DNA of 55,063 nucleotides from Cyanophyceae cyanobacterium (GTDB taxonomy: Bacteria; Cyanobacteriota; Cyanobacteriia; Cyanobacteriales; Laspinemataceae). The notes beneath the pieces were generated by a model. The model saw only the letters and a list, made by a program, of their open reading frames with translations, had not been told where the DNA came from and ran no database searches. Within the stretch, counting starts at the first letter, position 1, and each line of letters opens with the position of its first letter. Of this stretch, positions 21,430-30,974 are shown in pieces. The DNA is taken from assembly GCA_038321985.1 (NCBI GenBank), contig JBBQFN010000035.1, forward strand, positions 1 to 55,063, read 5' to 3'. The translations under genes and the position numbers were made by a program.

Positions 21430-22596
21430 GTGGCAACAATTTTTATCAGCACGGGTGAGGTATCCGGGGATATGCAAGGGGCGAGATTGGTGGAAGCCCT
21501 CTATCGTCAGGCTAAATCTGCCGGGGTTACCTTAGAAATTATGGCTTTGGGTGGGCCAAAAATGGCCCAAGCCGGTGCAGTCCTCCTAGGAGATACGGCG
21601 CGGATTGGTTCCGTGGGGATTCTCGAATCCTTACCCTATATTTGGCCTACTCTGCAAATCCAGCGCCGTGCCAAAGCCTATCTGCGAAATTCCCCCCCGG
21701 ATGCGATTATCCTGATTGACTATCTCGGTCCTAATCTCGCGATTGGGAATTTTGGCAAAGATCATCTCCCCCAAGTGCCTCGAATTTATTACATTGCACC
21801 CCAAGAATGGGTGTGGTCCTTGGACGATCGCACGACGACCCAGATTGTGGGACTGTGCGATCGCCTCCTAGCCATTTTCCCCGCTGAGGCGCGTTACTAC
21901 CAAGAAAAAGGAGCGATGGTGGATTGGGTGGGTCATCCCTTAATTGATGCCCTCCAGGACGCCCCAACCCGAGAGACTGCCCGTCACACCCTCGGCATCC
22001 AGTCGGACGAAATCGCCATCGCCTTACTCCCCGCCTCGCGACAGCAAGAAATCCGCTATCTCTTGCCAGTGATGTTTGAGGCGGCAAGGCAGATCCAAAC
22101 TCACCATCCATCGGTGCAGTTTTATATCCCGTTATCCTGGGAGGGATATCGCCCGAGCCTAGAAACTGCGATCGAGCGCTACGGATTGCGGGCGAAAATT
22201 GTAGAAGCGAATCAAAGTCAGATGGCGATCGCTGCTGCTGACTTGGCGATCGCCAAATCCGGCACCGTCAATTTAGAAATTGCCCTCTTAAAAGTCCCCC
22301 AAGTCGTCCTCTACCGCCTCCATCCCCTCACCGCTTGGATTGCTCGCCATCTCCTCAAATTTTCCATCCCCTTCATGTCCGCCCCGAACCTCGTCTTAAT
22401 GAAATCCGTGGTTCCTGAATTGCTGCAAGAGGAGGCTACACCCGCTCACATCGTTCGGGAAGTCCTCGATTTACTGGAAAATCCGGAACGACGAGAGCAG
22501 ATGCAGCAAGACTATCAGCAAATGCGAGATGCCTTGGGGGAACCCGGGGTTTGCGATCGCGCCGCCCAGATCATTTTAGGTTTGCTCAAAGGCTAA
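21430..22596 (+). CDS. lpxB: Lipid A disaccharide synthase
   Basis: ISTGEVSGD, YYIAPQEWVW, VGHPLID, LLPASR, KSGTVNLE. Confidence 0.96.
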   Translation: MATIFISTGEVSGDMQGARLVEALYRQAKSAGVTLEIMALGGPKMAQAGAVLLGDTARIGSVGILESLPYIWPTLQIQRRAKAYLRNSPPDAIILIDYLGPNLAIGNFGKDHLPQVPRIYYIAPQEWVWSLDDRTTTQIVGLCDRLLAIFPAEARYYQEKGAMVDWVGHPLIDALQDAPTRETARHTLGIQSDEIAIALLPASRQQEIRYLLPVMFEAARQIQTHHPSVQFYIPLSWEGYRPSLETAIERYGLRAKIVEANQSQMAIAAADLAIAKSGTVNLEIALLKVPQVVLYRLHPLTAWIARHLLKFSIPFMSAPNLVLMKSVVPELLQEEATPAHIVREVLDLLENPERREQMQQDYQQMRDALGEPGVCDRAAQIILGLLKG

Positions 22597-22752
22597 AGGA
22601 TCCCCTCTGAAGACACTCCCCAAGGGGTTTGATTCCTACCCCAAGTTAACGGGTTGGGGTAGGGCCAGCCGCTTTTGAAAAACCCCAGTTATGATTAATC
22701 CGTAATAAGTCAAGACTTCCTAACAATTCCTACAGAACCCAGAAAAAAGTTT

Positions 22753-23157
22753 ATGAAAGCACCCCTCCTCTACTCAACCCTGTTAGGATTATCTCTTGTT
22801 TTTCTAGCCCCTAGTGCCAGGGCTCAATTGTTACCCCAACCCTGGGTTTCCGTCGGTGTCCAAGAAAGTGAACCCACTTTTTCAGTCGGGGTCCGGGGAT
22901 TGGGCGTAGGGGTAGAATTGGGGTTGACTAATGACAGTGCAGTGGGAATTGACGTGATGAAATTTCTCAGCCCCCCCTTGATTAGTCAGATTTCCGGCTA
23001 TGTCGGTGTGGGACTTTATAACGACCCCAATTCCAGCGATCGCGACTTTGCCTATTCCGCAGGCGTCCAAATCTTTCCCGATGGTAACTTTTTCTTCGGG
23101 GCGGGGTACCACAACATTCGAGGGATTAACGGTCAACTCGGAATCAAATTGTATTAG
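22753..23157 (+). CDS. Small exported protein, possibly an outer-membrane beta-barrel
   Basis: Signal peptide (APSARA), alternating beta-strand pattern, terminal aromatic residue (GIKLY). Confidence 0.7.
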   Translation: MKAPLLYSTLLGLSLVFLAPSARAQLLPQPWVSVGVQESEPTFSVGVRGLGVGVELGLTNDSAVGIDVMKFLSPPLISQISGYVGVGLYNDPNSSDRDFAYSAGVQIFPDGNFFFGAGYHNIRGINGQLGIKLY

Positions 23158-23190
23158 GACCCTGGTCTGATTTGGGATCACTGCCCCCAC

Positions 23191-23215
23191 CCCCCCTTAA
23201 CCCGGGGGGTTTTTT
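23191..23215 (+). terminator. Intrinsic terminator
   Basis: cccccc-ttaaccc-gggggg followed by a T-run. Confidence 0.65.
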
Positions 23216-23333
23216 AGATTTTTAGGGAAAATTCTGCTCTAGAGTGTTTTCACAGGCAAGACAAACGGTTAGACTGTGCGGCATCAGACTCATGAACGTT
23301 ATAATTCTTTACGGAAGCCTGCGGAAAATTCAG

Positions 23334-23669
23334 ATGAGTAAACCTGTTGTCGATGCCTTTTTTGTCGGTAGAGCCTTATCTCAAGCGCTTTACTACGAGC
23401 TAGAAAAAACCCTAACCAACGCCCTGAGTGATTTGGGCAAATTTGATGCGGAACAGCGGGAGCGTCTGCGTTCATTTACCCAAGAGGTGATGGAGCGAGC
23501 CGCTCGTGAATCAGGGGTCGTCATGAATTCGCCGACGAACCCAGGAATATCCAATCCATTGGGAAGCCCCATTCCTGAACCCGGGGATTTGCAAGCCACG
23601 ATTGATGAGTTGCGTGCAGAAATAGCCCAAGTCCGCGCTCAGTTACAGCTTTACCGCAGCCGTTCTTGA
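23334..23669 (+). CDS. Conserved cyanobacterial coiled-coil protein upstream of the ABC1 kinase
   Basis: MSKPVVDAFFVGRA...DLGKFDAEQRERLRSF...DLQATIDELRAEIA. Confidence 0.85.
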   Translation: MSKPVVDAFFVGRALSQALYYELEKTLTNALSDLGKFDAEQRERLRSFTQEVMERAARESGVVMNSPTNPGISNPLGSPIPEPGDLQATIDELRAEIAQVRAQLQLYRSRS

Positions 23670-23782
23670 GCCCGGGAACTGACAACGCAGCGATCGCGGC
23701 GTCGTCTATAAACGGGATCCCCGATCCCCAGCGATCATTCTCATGATTATCGACCGATTAGATATAGCAGTCGCAAACCCGA

Positions 23783-25570
23783 GTGTCTGAACTCTTAAAC
23801 GATCCTATCCCAACTCCTGAAACTCCAGAAGGTCCTAGATTAACGAGGCGATCGGGAGGTACTCTCACCATTCGAGGGCAAGGGGGAACCGTACCCTATC
23901 ATCCCAAGGCATACCGCTGGAGTCGTCCCAATTATTCCCCCACCCGGCGGCGGATCGAAATTTGGAATTTTGTTTTCCAGTTTTTGACCAGTCTGTGGTC
24001 CCTTAATAAACCCTGGACCTATAAAGGGGGATTCACGGAAGCCAAGCAAACTGCAAGACGCCGAAAACAAGCCAGTTGGATTCGCGAAACCCTATTAGAA
24101 CTGGGTCCAACTTTTATTAAGTTGGGACAGTTATTTTCCACGCGATCGGATCTATTTCCCCCTGAATATGTGGAGGAACTGGCTAAACTGCAAGATCGAG
24201 TTCCGGCATTTAACTATGCCCAGGCACAAGCCATTATTGAAGAAGATTTTGGACGAAAAGTTGAGGAACTGTTCCGCAGTTTTGACCCGGTACCGATCGC
24301 AGCGGCTAGTTTGGGCCAAGTTCACAAGGCTCAACTCCATTCCGGCGAAGAGATTGTGGTCAAGGTGCAACGTCCGGGACTTAAACGCCTGTTTGGAATT
24401 GATTTAGCCATCGCCAAGACGATTGCCCAGTATTTCCAAAATCACCCTCGTTGGGGTCGAGGTCGGGATTGGTCGGGGATCTATGACGAGTGCTATAAAA
24501 TTCTCTACGAAGAGGTTGATTATATTAATGAAGGTCGCAATGCGGATACCTTTCGCCGCAATTTTCGCGATAAAGAATGGGTCCGAGTGCCTCGGGTTTA
24601 TTGGCGCTATTCTTCCCCTCGGGTGCTGACACTGGAATACCTTCCAGGGATTAAAATTAGCCATTATGAAGCGTTAGAGGCAGCCGGACTTGATCGCAAG
24701 CTCCTGGCAAAACTCGGGGCTGAAGCCTATTTGCGCCAATTGCTCAATCATGGATTTTTCCATGCGGACCCCCATCCGGGGAATCTGGCAGTAAGTCCGG
24801 ATGGAGCGTTAATTTTTTACGATTTTGGCATGATGGGGCGCATCCGCACCGATGTGCGAGTCAAACTGCTGGACCTGTTTTTTGGGATTGCCAAAAAAAA
24901 TGCCGATGACGTAGTAGAGTGCCTCGTTGAATTGGAGGCCCTGGCTCGAACCGATGATATGGGACCCGTGCGGCGATCAATCCAGTATATTCTGGACAAT
25001 TTGATGGATCAGCCGTTTGAGGAACAGTCCGTGGCGGCGATTAGTGACGACCTCTATGCGATCGCCTATGATCAGCCCTTCCGCTTTCCGGCTACCTTTA
25101 CGTTTGTCATGCGTGCCTTTTCTACCTTGGAAGGTGTGGGTAAGGGTCTGGATCCAGAATTTAACTTTATGGAGGTTGCAAAGCCTTTTGCAATGCAGAT
25201 TATGACGAATGGTAATTCGCTCGATCGCAATAGTTTCTTGAATGAAATTGGACGGCAAGCGGCGCAAGTCGGAACGACCGCCTTGGGCTTACCGGGCCGA
25301 ATTGAGGATACTATAGAAAAATTAGAACGTGGGGACATTCGCATCCGCGTCCGATCCATTGAAACGGATCGGGTGCTGCGGCGCATTGGTAACGTTCAAA
25401 TGGGGACCAACTTAGCCTTACTGGTCAGTGCATTTACCCTCTCGGCAACGATTTTATTCGTGAACGGTGAAATCTGGCTGGCCTTAATTGTAGGAGTTGT
25501 GGTGCTCTTGTTAGCGGGAAGTTTGATCCGACTGATTATGCGGATCGAGCGCTCCGATAAAATGATGTAA
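23783..25570 (+). CDS. ABC1/UbiB/AarF family atypical kinase
   Basis: LGPTFIKLGQ, PIAAASLGQVHKA, VKVQRPG, FFHADPHPGN, DFGMM. Confidence 0.95.
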   Translation: MSELLNDPIPTPETPEGPRLTRRSGGTLTIRGQGGTVPYHPKAYRWSRPNYSPTRRRIEIWNFVFQFLTSLWSLNKPWTYKGGFTEAKQTARRRKQASWIRETLLELGPTFIKLGQLFSTRSDLFPPEYVEELAKLQDRVPAFNYAQAQAIIEEDFGRKVEELFRSFDPVPIAAASLGQVHKAQLHSGEEIVVKVQRPGLKRLFGIDLAIAKTIAQYFQNHPRWGRGRDWSGIYDECYKILYEEVDYINEGRNADTFRRNFRDKEWVRVPRVYWRYSSPRVLTLEYLPGIKISHYEALEAAGLDRKLLAKLGAEAYLRQLLNHGFFHADPHPGNLAVSPDGALIFYDFGMMGRIRTDVRVKLLDLFFGIAKKNADDVVECLVELEALARTDDMGPVRRSIQYILDNLMDQPFEEQSVAAISDDLYAIAYDQPFRFPATFTFVMRAFSTLEGVGKGLDPEFNFMEVAKPFAMQIMTNGNSLDRNSFLNEIGRQAAQVGTTALGLPGRIEDTIEKLERGDIRIRVRSIETDRVLRRIGNVQMGTNLALLVSAFTLSATILFVNGEIWLALIVGVVVLLLAGSLIRLIMRIERSDKMM

Positions 25571-25677
25571 TGTTGTAACGTGGAACCCTTAGATTTGAAA
25601 TGGGACGCACTCGCCTATCCAATCTAACCCCAATTTTCTATTCCCCCTGTAAAAGTTGTCATAGTAAGCGTTGAGTT

Positions 25678-26418
25678 ATGAAACGATCTTTCGCGGGTCT
25701 GACGGATACGGGACTCGTTCGTTCTGTGAATCAGGACGCCTTCTATATAGATGACCCGGAGGGGCGATTTTTTATCGTAGCCGATGGTATGGGAGGCCAT
25801 GCGGGAGGCCAAGAGGCCAGTCGGATCGCTACGGAAACCATCGAAAACTATTTAATAGAACACTGGAATTCTTCCCAGAAGACTCCCGATCTGTTGAAAG
25901 AATCTTTTTTGAAGGCCAATCAAGCCATTGTTACGGATCAGTTAGACCATCCCGAGCGATCGGATATGGGAACCACTGCTGTAGCTGTGGTATTCCGCGA
26001 TCGCAATCAACCCTGGTGCGCTCATGTTGGGGATTCGCGACTGTACCGACTGCGGGGCTCAGAATTGGTCCAAATTACGGAAGATCATACTTGGGTCGGA
26101 CGAGCCCTTAAAGCCGGACACCTCACGGTAGATGAAGCTCGCCAGCATCCTTGGCGGCACGTGCTTTCTCAATGTTTGGGACGCCAGGATTTGCAACAGA
26201 TTGATTTACAAGAGTTTGACGTGCAACCGGGCGATCGCTTGTTGCTCTGTAGTGATGGGTTAACCGAGGAACTTCCAGCGGAGGCGATCGGCCCTAATCT
26301 TCAATGGCAACTCTCCGGTGATGAAGCTGCTAAGAAACTGGTGAATGCGGCTAAAGATAAAGGGGGACGGGATAATATTACCGTGGTTATCGTCAGCCTC
26401 GACAAAGGCGATCGCTAA
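25678..26418 (+). CDS. PP2C-family Ser/Thr phosphatase
   Basis: [41 protein letters not shown]. Confidence 0.95.
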   Translation: MKRSFAGLTDTGLVRSVNQDAFYIDDPEGRFFIVADGMGGHAGGQEASRIATETIENYLIEHWNSSQKTPDLLKESFLKANQAIVTDQLDHPERSDMGTTAVAVVFRDRNQPWCAHVGDSRLYRLRGSELVQITEDHTWVGRALKAGHLTVDEARQHPWRHVLSQCLGRQDLQQIDLQEFDVQPGDRLLLCSDGLTEELPAEAIGPNLQWQLSGDEAAKKLVNAAKDKGGRDNITVVIVSLDKGDR

Positions 26419-26604
26419 TCGGTCCTTTTCGGGGTTTTCCCAAAAATCTGTAATCACCCGTGAAACTCTCCCCAAAACCACCCTGACCTACAAAACTGAT
26501 TCTGCCCCTAGTTTCTTTCCTCCTCTTCTACAGTGCCGATGCTCTAGAGAGATGGTAATAGCCAGACAGAAAATTACACCTGTCGATCATCCATCGGATA
26601 GAGT

Positions 26605-26634
26605 CGCTTCCGGGTACCGGGAGCGGTTTTTTTA
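26605..26634 (+). terminator. Intrinsic terminator-like hairpin
   Basis: cgcttcccgg-gta-ccgggagcg followed by a T-run. Confidence 0.6.
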
Positions 26635-27056
26635 TGTTTTTAAGGGTTTTTCGGCAAAACTAATCGCTTGGAGGGCAAGAAAGCCTCCAGAAACGTATCT
26701 TAGGACAGAGGGCAACAAGCCATGATATCCGTCATAGTAGAGATACAGTAAGAGCCACAATCGGTCCCTAAATCAGACCAATACCTATTTGGTTCAAACT
26801 GAGCAATTTAACAAGATTTGATTTGATACAACGACTTTAAGCCCAGGCTTCCACCGCTGAAACCTGCTAAGTCATCGTTTCTAGATATAGTCCAAGGGCA
26901 AGTTTGTCATTTTGTCAAATCTTTGTTATATTTCTTAACAGGAGGCAATCAGGAAATCCTGAGCGCCCCCAGCCAAGGCAGAAAGAGAATGCATCAAGAC
27001 GGATTTACCCGTTTTAAACGCACCCCTTGAGCCTGTTGATTATCAACTAGGAGTCT

Positions 27057-27266
27057 ATGATGAGCCAACCTATCGAACTATCTTTGGAACAACAATTTAA
27101 CGTCCGTGCCTTTGAAACCCAAGTCGAGAAAATGAGCCTGGAACAGTCCCAGCATTTTCTCAAAGAACTGTACAAACAAATGATGGTAAGAGAAACCATG
27201 TATCAGCAATTCCTGAAACATGAGTGGGGTTTAGACCAAGGACCTCGTTTTAGCAGTGAGTTTTAA
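27057..27266 (+). CDS. nblA: Phycobilisome degradation protein NblA
   Basis: LSLEQQFNVRAFETQVEKMSLEQSQHFLKELYKQMMVRE...W; AGGAG RBS upstream. Confidence 0.95.
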   Translation: MMSQPIELSLEQQFNVRAFETQVEKMSLEQSQHFLKELYKQMMVRETMYQQFLKHEWGLDQGPRFSSEF

Positions 27267-27531
27267 TCTCTGTGCTAAGTTTTACCCAAGTCCCACAGTG
27301 GGCGACCTCCGTCTCTTGCTAAGTTCCCAATCAGGAGAGAAGCTGGGGATGCTGGGGCGTCAACTTCAACTCAATACCGAACAAAAAATCCGAGAGCCTC
27401 TGCGAGATGTTCTCCAGCCTAATGTGATTAGATAAACCCATAGTAAAGTTCATGAAATTTATCGTGTTTTGTCCCAAAATGGACAACACAAAACCCTCTT
27501 GTAGTTCAAATCTTACTCAAAAATACTCTGT

Positions 27532-27570
27532 ACTCGTGCCTGAGCAACTGCTCGGGCACGAGTTTTATTT
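27532..27570 (+). terminator. Intrinsic terminator ~270 nt downstream of nblA
   Basis: actcgtgcctgagca-ac-tgctcgggcacgagt followed by tttattt. Confidence 0.75.
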
Positions 27571-27769
27571 AGAGTCGTTACGACAAACATCCATCCGGAG
27601 ATAGAGTGAGGTGTGACTTACAGTAACGAAGTGGGCGACAAGCTGCTAAAATTTGAGCATGAAAAAGATGGGGGGAGCGATTGGGGGAATGGAAAGAGTC
27701 CAAACCCGAACCAAGCGCAGAATTTCCCAGCTTTTAAGCGGTCAATACATAACCGAATCATTTTTGTAA

Positions 27770-28645
27770 ATGTTTAAGCGTGTTTTAATCAGTACGGATT
27801 TATCGGACGGCTTACTGCGCTTGGGAAAATTTTTGCCAAGTTTAGCTGCCGGAGGAATGGAGCATATCGTATTTGTTCATAGCGTTCCCCTGTGGACGAA
27901 AGGGCAGATTCCTCGGGAAGATACGGACAAAATCAATCAGGCACGCGATCGCCTTAATGCAATTTTGACCGAGGTCCCCGACGGGTTGCAGGTAGAGGTA
28001 GATGTGCGATCGGGCCATCCTACGGAAAATATTCTCAAGGCGGCCGAAAAGCATAAAAGCGAGGTGATTATTCTAGGGGCCTCCAACCGCAACTTACTAA
28101 GTGAACGACTGTTTGGCAGTACGACGATTGATTTGTCAGGACGAATCAATATTCCCCTGATGACTATTCCCACTGCACTGATCTCTCCCTTAACTTCCGA
28201 GGAGTTGGATCTGCGCTGCCGACATCTGTTCCGCTACATTCTGCTTCCCTATGGTGATACCCCAGCTTCTCAGGTATTAATCCAAGAGTTTAAGCGCTAC
28301 GCACAAAAGCGTCCACCTCATTCATTAGAGCGCTGTATGTTAGCCTGGGTCATTGATGGGGGTGTCCTCAGAAATATTCCGAAGGACTACAAGATTAAGG
28401 AAGCACAAGAGAAGTTAGCACCGATCCAAGCCGATTTAGAAGCGATCGGCTTGCAAGTTGATGTGGAAGTGCGCTTAGGAGAACCAGTGCTGGATATTTT
28501 AGATTTAGCTCAGATGTCAGATATCTGTGCGGTAGCACTGGCTTCCAATAGCTTGGGTAAAATTTTAGACTGGTTCCCCAGCTTTGCGGCAGAGGTCCTG
28601 CGGCGCAGTTGTGAACCTGTGATCTTTTTCCCCTCCCGGCGGTAA
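27770..28645 (+). CDS. Universal stress protein (tandem Usp domains)
   Basis: MFKRVLISTDLSD, GHPTENILKAAE, LFGSTT. Confidence 0.9.
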   Translation: MFKRVLISTDLSDGLLRLGKFLPSLAAGGMEHIVFVHSVPLWTKGQIPREDTDKINQARDRLNAILTEVPDGLQVEVDVRSGHPTENILKAAEKHKSEVIILGASNRNLLSERLFGSTTIDLSGRINIPLMTIPTALISPLTSEELDLRCRHLFRYILLPYGDTPASQVLIQEFKRYAQKRPPHSLERCMLAWVIDGGVLRNIPKDYKIKEAQEKLAPIQADLEAIGLQVDVEVRLGEPVLDILDLAQMSDICAVALASNSLGKILDWFPSFAAEVLRRSCEPVIFFPSRR

Positions 28646-28664
28646 TAGCTGTTAGTCCTTTAGT

Positions 28665-29114
28665 TTAGTCACCCAATCGGAGTAGGGTCGCTTCCATTGC
28701 GCTGCTTAAGTAGTGGCCTGCTAAAATTCCGCTGGAGTGGTAATAGGTATTGTGATTGAGGCGATGCAAGGTTTCAAAGCCACTGCGTCGCTTTTTTTCG
28801 TCTCCTAGGACCCAATAGCGCTGGATAATGGTTTCCGGCGCGATCCAACCTTCCCCCTCAACTCGTCCCAGTTCGCTGTGTTGGAGCACAAAGGTATATT
28901 GGCGGTCCCCAACGTCAAAGTGTCCCCGATATTGGAGGGTGATTTCTGGGCGATCGCTTCCGGGAAACGCCAGCTTGGTCACCATGTTAAACCAATCTTC
29001 CCGAGTCCAGGCGACTAAAATTTTCCCAGTAACCGGAGTGGTTGGAACATTCCGTTCTAACCAAGTGCCTTCAAGGGTCCAGCGACCCGGTTGCAGTAAA
29101 AATATATGATTCAC
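28665..29114 (-). CDS. Conserved hypothetical protein
   Basis: 149-aa ORF (GTG start) with normal composition; HIFLLQPGRWTLEGTW...GRVEGEGWIAPETIIQRYW. Confidence 0.75.
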   Translation of the reverse strand: MNHIFLLQPGRWTLEGTWLERNVPTTPVTGKILVAWTREDWFNMVTKLAFPGSDRPEITLQYRGHFDVGDRQYTFVLQHSELGRVEGEGWIAPETIIQRYWVLGDEKKRRSGFETLHRLNHNTYYHSSGILAGHYLSSAMEATLLRLGD

Positions 29115-29748
29115 GGCACCATATCCTTGCTTGAATTGCTGTCTGCCCCTATAGAATTTATATGCTACCAGGTTTTATGGGTGTAGTTTTTTATAAGGGA
29201 AAAATTTTTTAAGTTTTTACGAAAAAACTAGAGCAAGAACCGATATAGATAAGTATTTTGAATTTTTAGTCTTATGAGTTTTAGGGGATTTGAGTATAAA
29301 TCCTATAAGTTGGCTTTACTTTAAAATTATTCTAGGATATCTCTAGTAAAGTTCTTAATTTTATATAGAGTGTTTCCTGGATGCATACAGTACAGATATC
29401 TATTGGTGAGAGCCTCTGGTTTGCTGATGTGATGCCTCCGGCCTCCTACGTCGCACAGCACCCACTAGGCCGTAGGCTTTACGGAGGTCTTAATTCTATT
29501 GATAGAAAGATTTAGAGACTTTATACATAAATAATAACAAGATTTAGCCCCAGAAAAAATTAAAATTTTCAAAAATTACTATTTTTTTGTTAGTCATAAT
29601 TAAGGATAAAATTAATCATTAATTGCTGGTTTTTAACTTAAACTATAAATAGTGAGACGGTTATCTAACTATCCAAATGGGGGTTAAAATTAGGAAAAAA
29701 GTTTCAATAGCCCTAAAAAATTAGACTAAATTTTACCTCCTGATTTCC

Positions 29749-30915
29749 CTAAATGGGACGGTGAATTTCCCCCAAAAGGGCGGGAACTTTAGCGCCGGTA
29801 CATTCGGGTAGATTGCCGGGAATTCCTTGTTGACGCCAATAGGCTAAAACTGCAAAGGCGATCGCCTCTTTAAAGTCTGCATTCAACCCCACTTCATCGG
29901 TTGTTAACACCGCAACGGATTGACTATAGATTTCCTGCAATCGCCTCTGTAATCGGTGTTTTAAATAGTGGTTGCGGCTGCCACCGCCACAGAGGAGAAC
30001 GCGATCTGGGGGCACGGGTAAAAAAGAGTGATAGTTAATGGCGATCGCCTCGACGGTAAGTTCAGTGAGTGTCGCTAACAAATCGGCTGAACTCAGGGAG
30101 TAGGGTTCGGCATCGGCTAAACAGCGGCGAAAATAGTCCCATCCAAATAATTCCCGTCCTGTAGACTTTGGCGGCGGTTCGTGGAAAAATGGCTGTTGAA
30201 GCCAGTCATCAAGCAAGGGTTGACAGGGAACTCCTGTAGCAGCCCAAGCCCCATCCCTGTCATAAGTTGCTTCGCCATTAGTGAGATGTTCAACGGCTAA
30301 ATCGATCAGGCTATTGCCGGGACCTGTATCCCATCCCAGCATCTCGGGAGGATGAGAACCGGGGGTGAGAGAATTGTCTTGGCGAGGAATAAAGGCAACG
30401 TTGCCGATACCGCCAATATTTTGAATACATTGATGATGATGGCGATCGCGCAGGAGGCACAGATCCACCTTGGGAACTAGGGGCGCACCTTGTCCTCCAG
30501 CGGCGATATCGGCTGCCCGAAAGTTGGAAATGGTGGGAATTCCGGTGAGTTGGGCAATGAGGTCACCTCGTCCTAATTGCAGACTATACCCGAGTTGTTG
30601 CTGCTGGGGGGGACGATGATAAACCGTTTGTCCATGAGAACCGATTAAGTCTACAGGGCTGTCGCCTTGTAGGGTTAAGGCGGCATTAGCAAAGGTTTGG
30701 GCGATCGCATCATCGAGTTCGGCAAGTTCAGCCATGGACAGGGGATTGCCTGCACAAACGGATAAAATTTTCTGGCGCAGGGGTTCGGGATAGGGATAGG
30801 TTGTGCCTGCAATCCAATCCACTGTGAGATCGGATTCTTTTCCCGTAATCTCCACCATCGCTGCATCAATACCATCTACGGAAGTGCCACTAATTAAGCC
30901 AATTACTCGGGTCAT
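29749..30915 (-). CDS. anmK: Anhydro-N-acetylmuramic acid kinase
   Basis: [57 protein letters not shown]. Confidence 0.96.
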   Translation of the reverse strand: MTRVIGLISGTSVDGIDAAMVEITGKESDLTVDWIAGTTYPYPEPLRQKILSVCAGNPLSMAELAELDDAIAQTFANAALTLQGDSPVDLIGSHGQTVYHRPPQQQQLGYSLQLGRGDLIAQLTGIPTISNFRAADIAAGGQGAPLVPKVDLCLLRDRHHHQCIQNIGGIGNVAFIPRQDNSLTPGSHPPEMLGWDTGPGNSLIDLAVEHLTNGEATYDRDGAWAATGVPCQPLLDDWLQQPFFHEPPPKSTGRELFGWDYFRRCLADAEPYSLSSADLLATLTELTVEAIAINYHSFLPVPPDRVLLCGGGSRNHYLKHRLQRRLQEIYSQSVAVLTTDEVGLNADFKEAIAFAVLAYWRQQGIPGNLPECTGAKVPALLGEIHRPI

Positions 30916-30974
30916 AAGTTTTGCAAGTTTGCCAATGGTATTAATTTTACAACCGATGGAGTCCGGAAAGGGGT

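Noticed and set aside
29435..29490. c-di-GMP-I riboswitch (minus strand gtaaagcctacggccta resembles GCAAAGCCTCCGGCCTA)
   Set aside because: The upstream GGCAAAC...GAAA stem is absent, so it is kept only as an unassigned structure.
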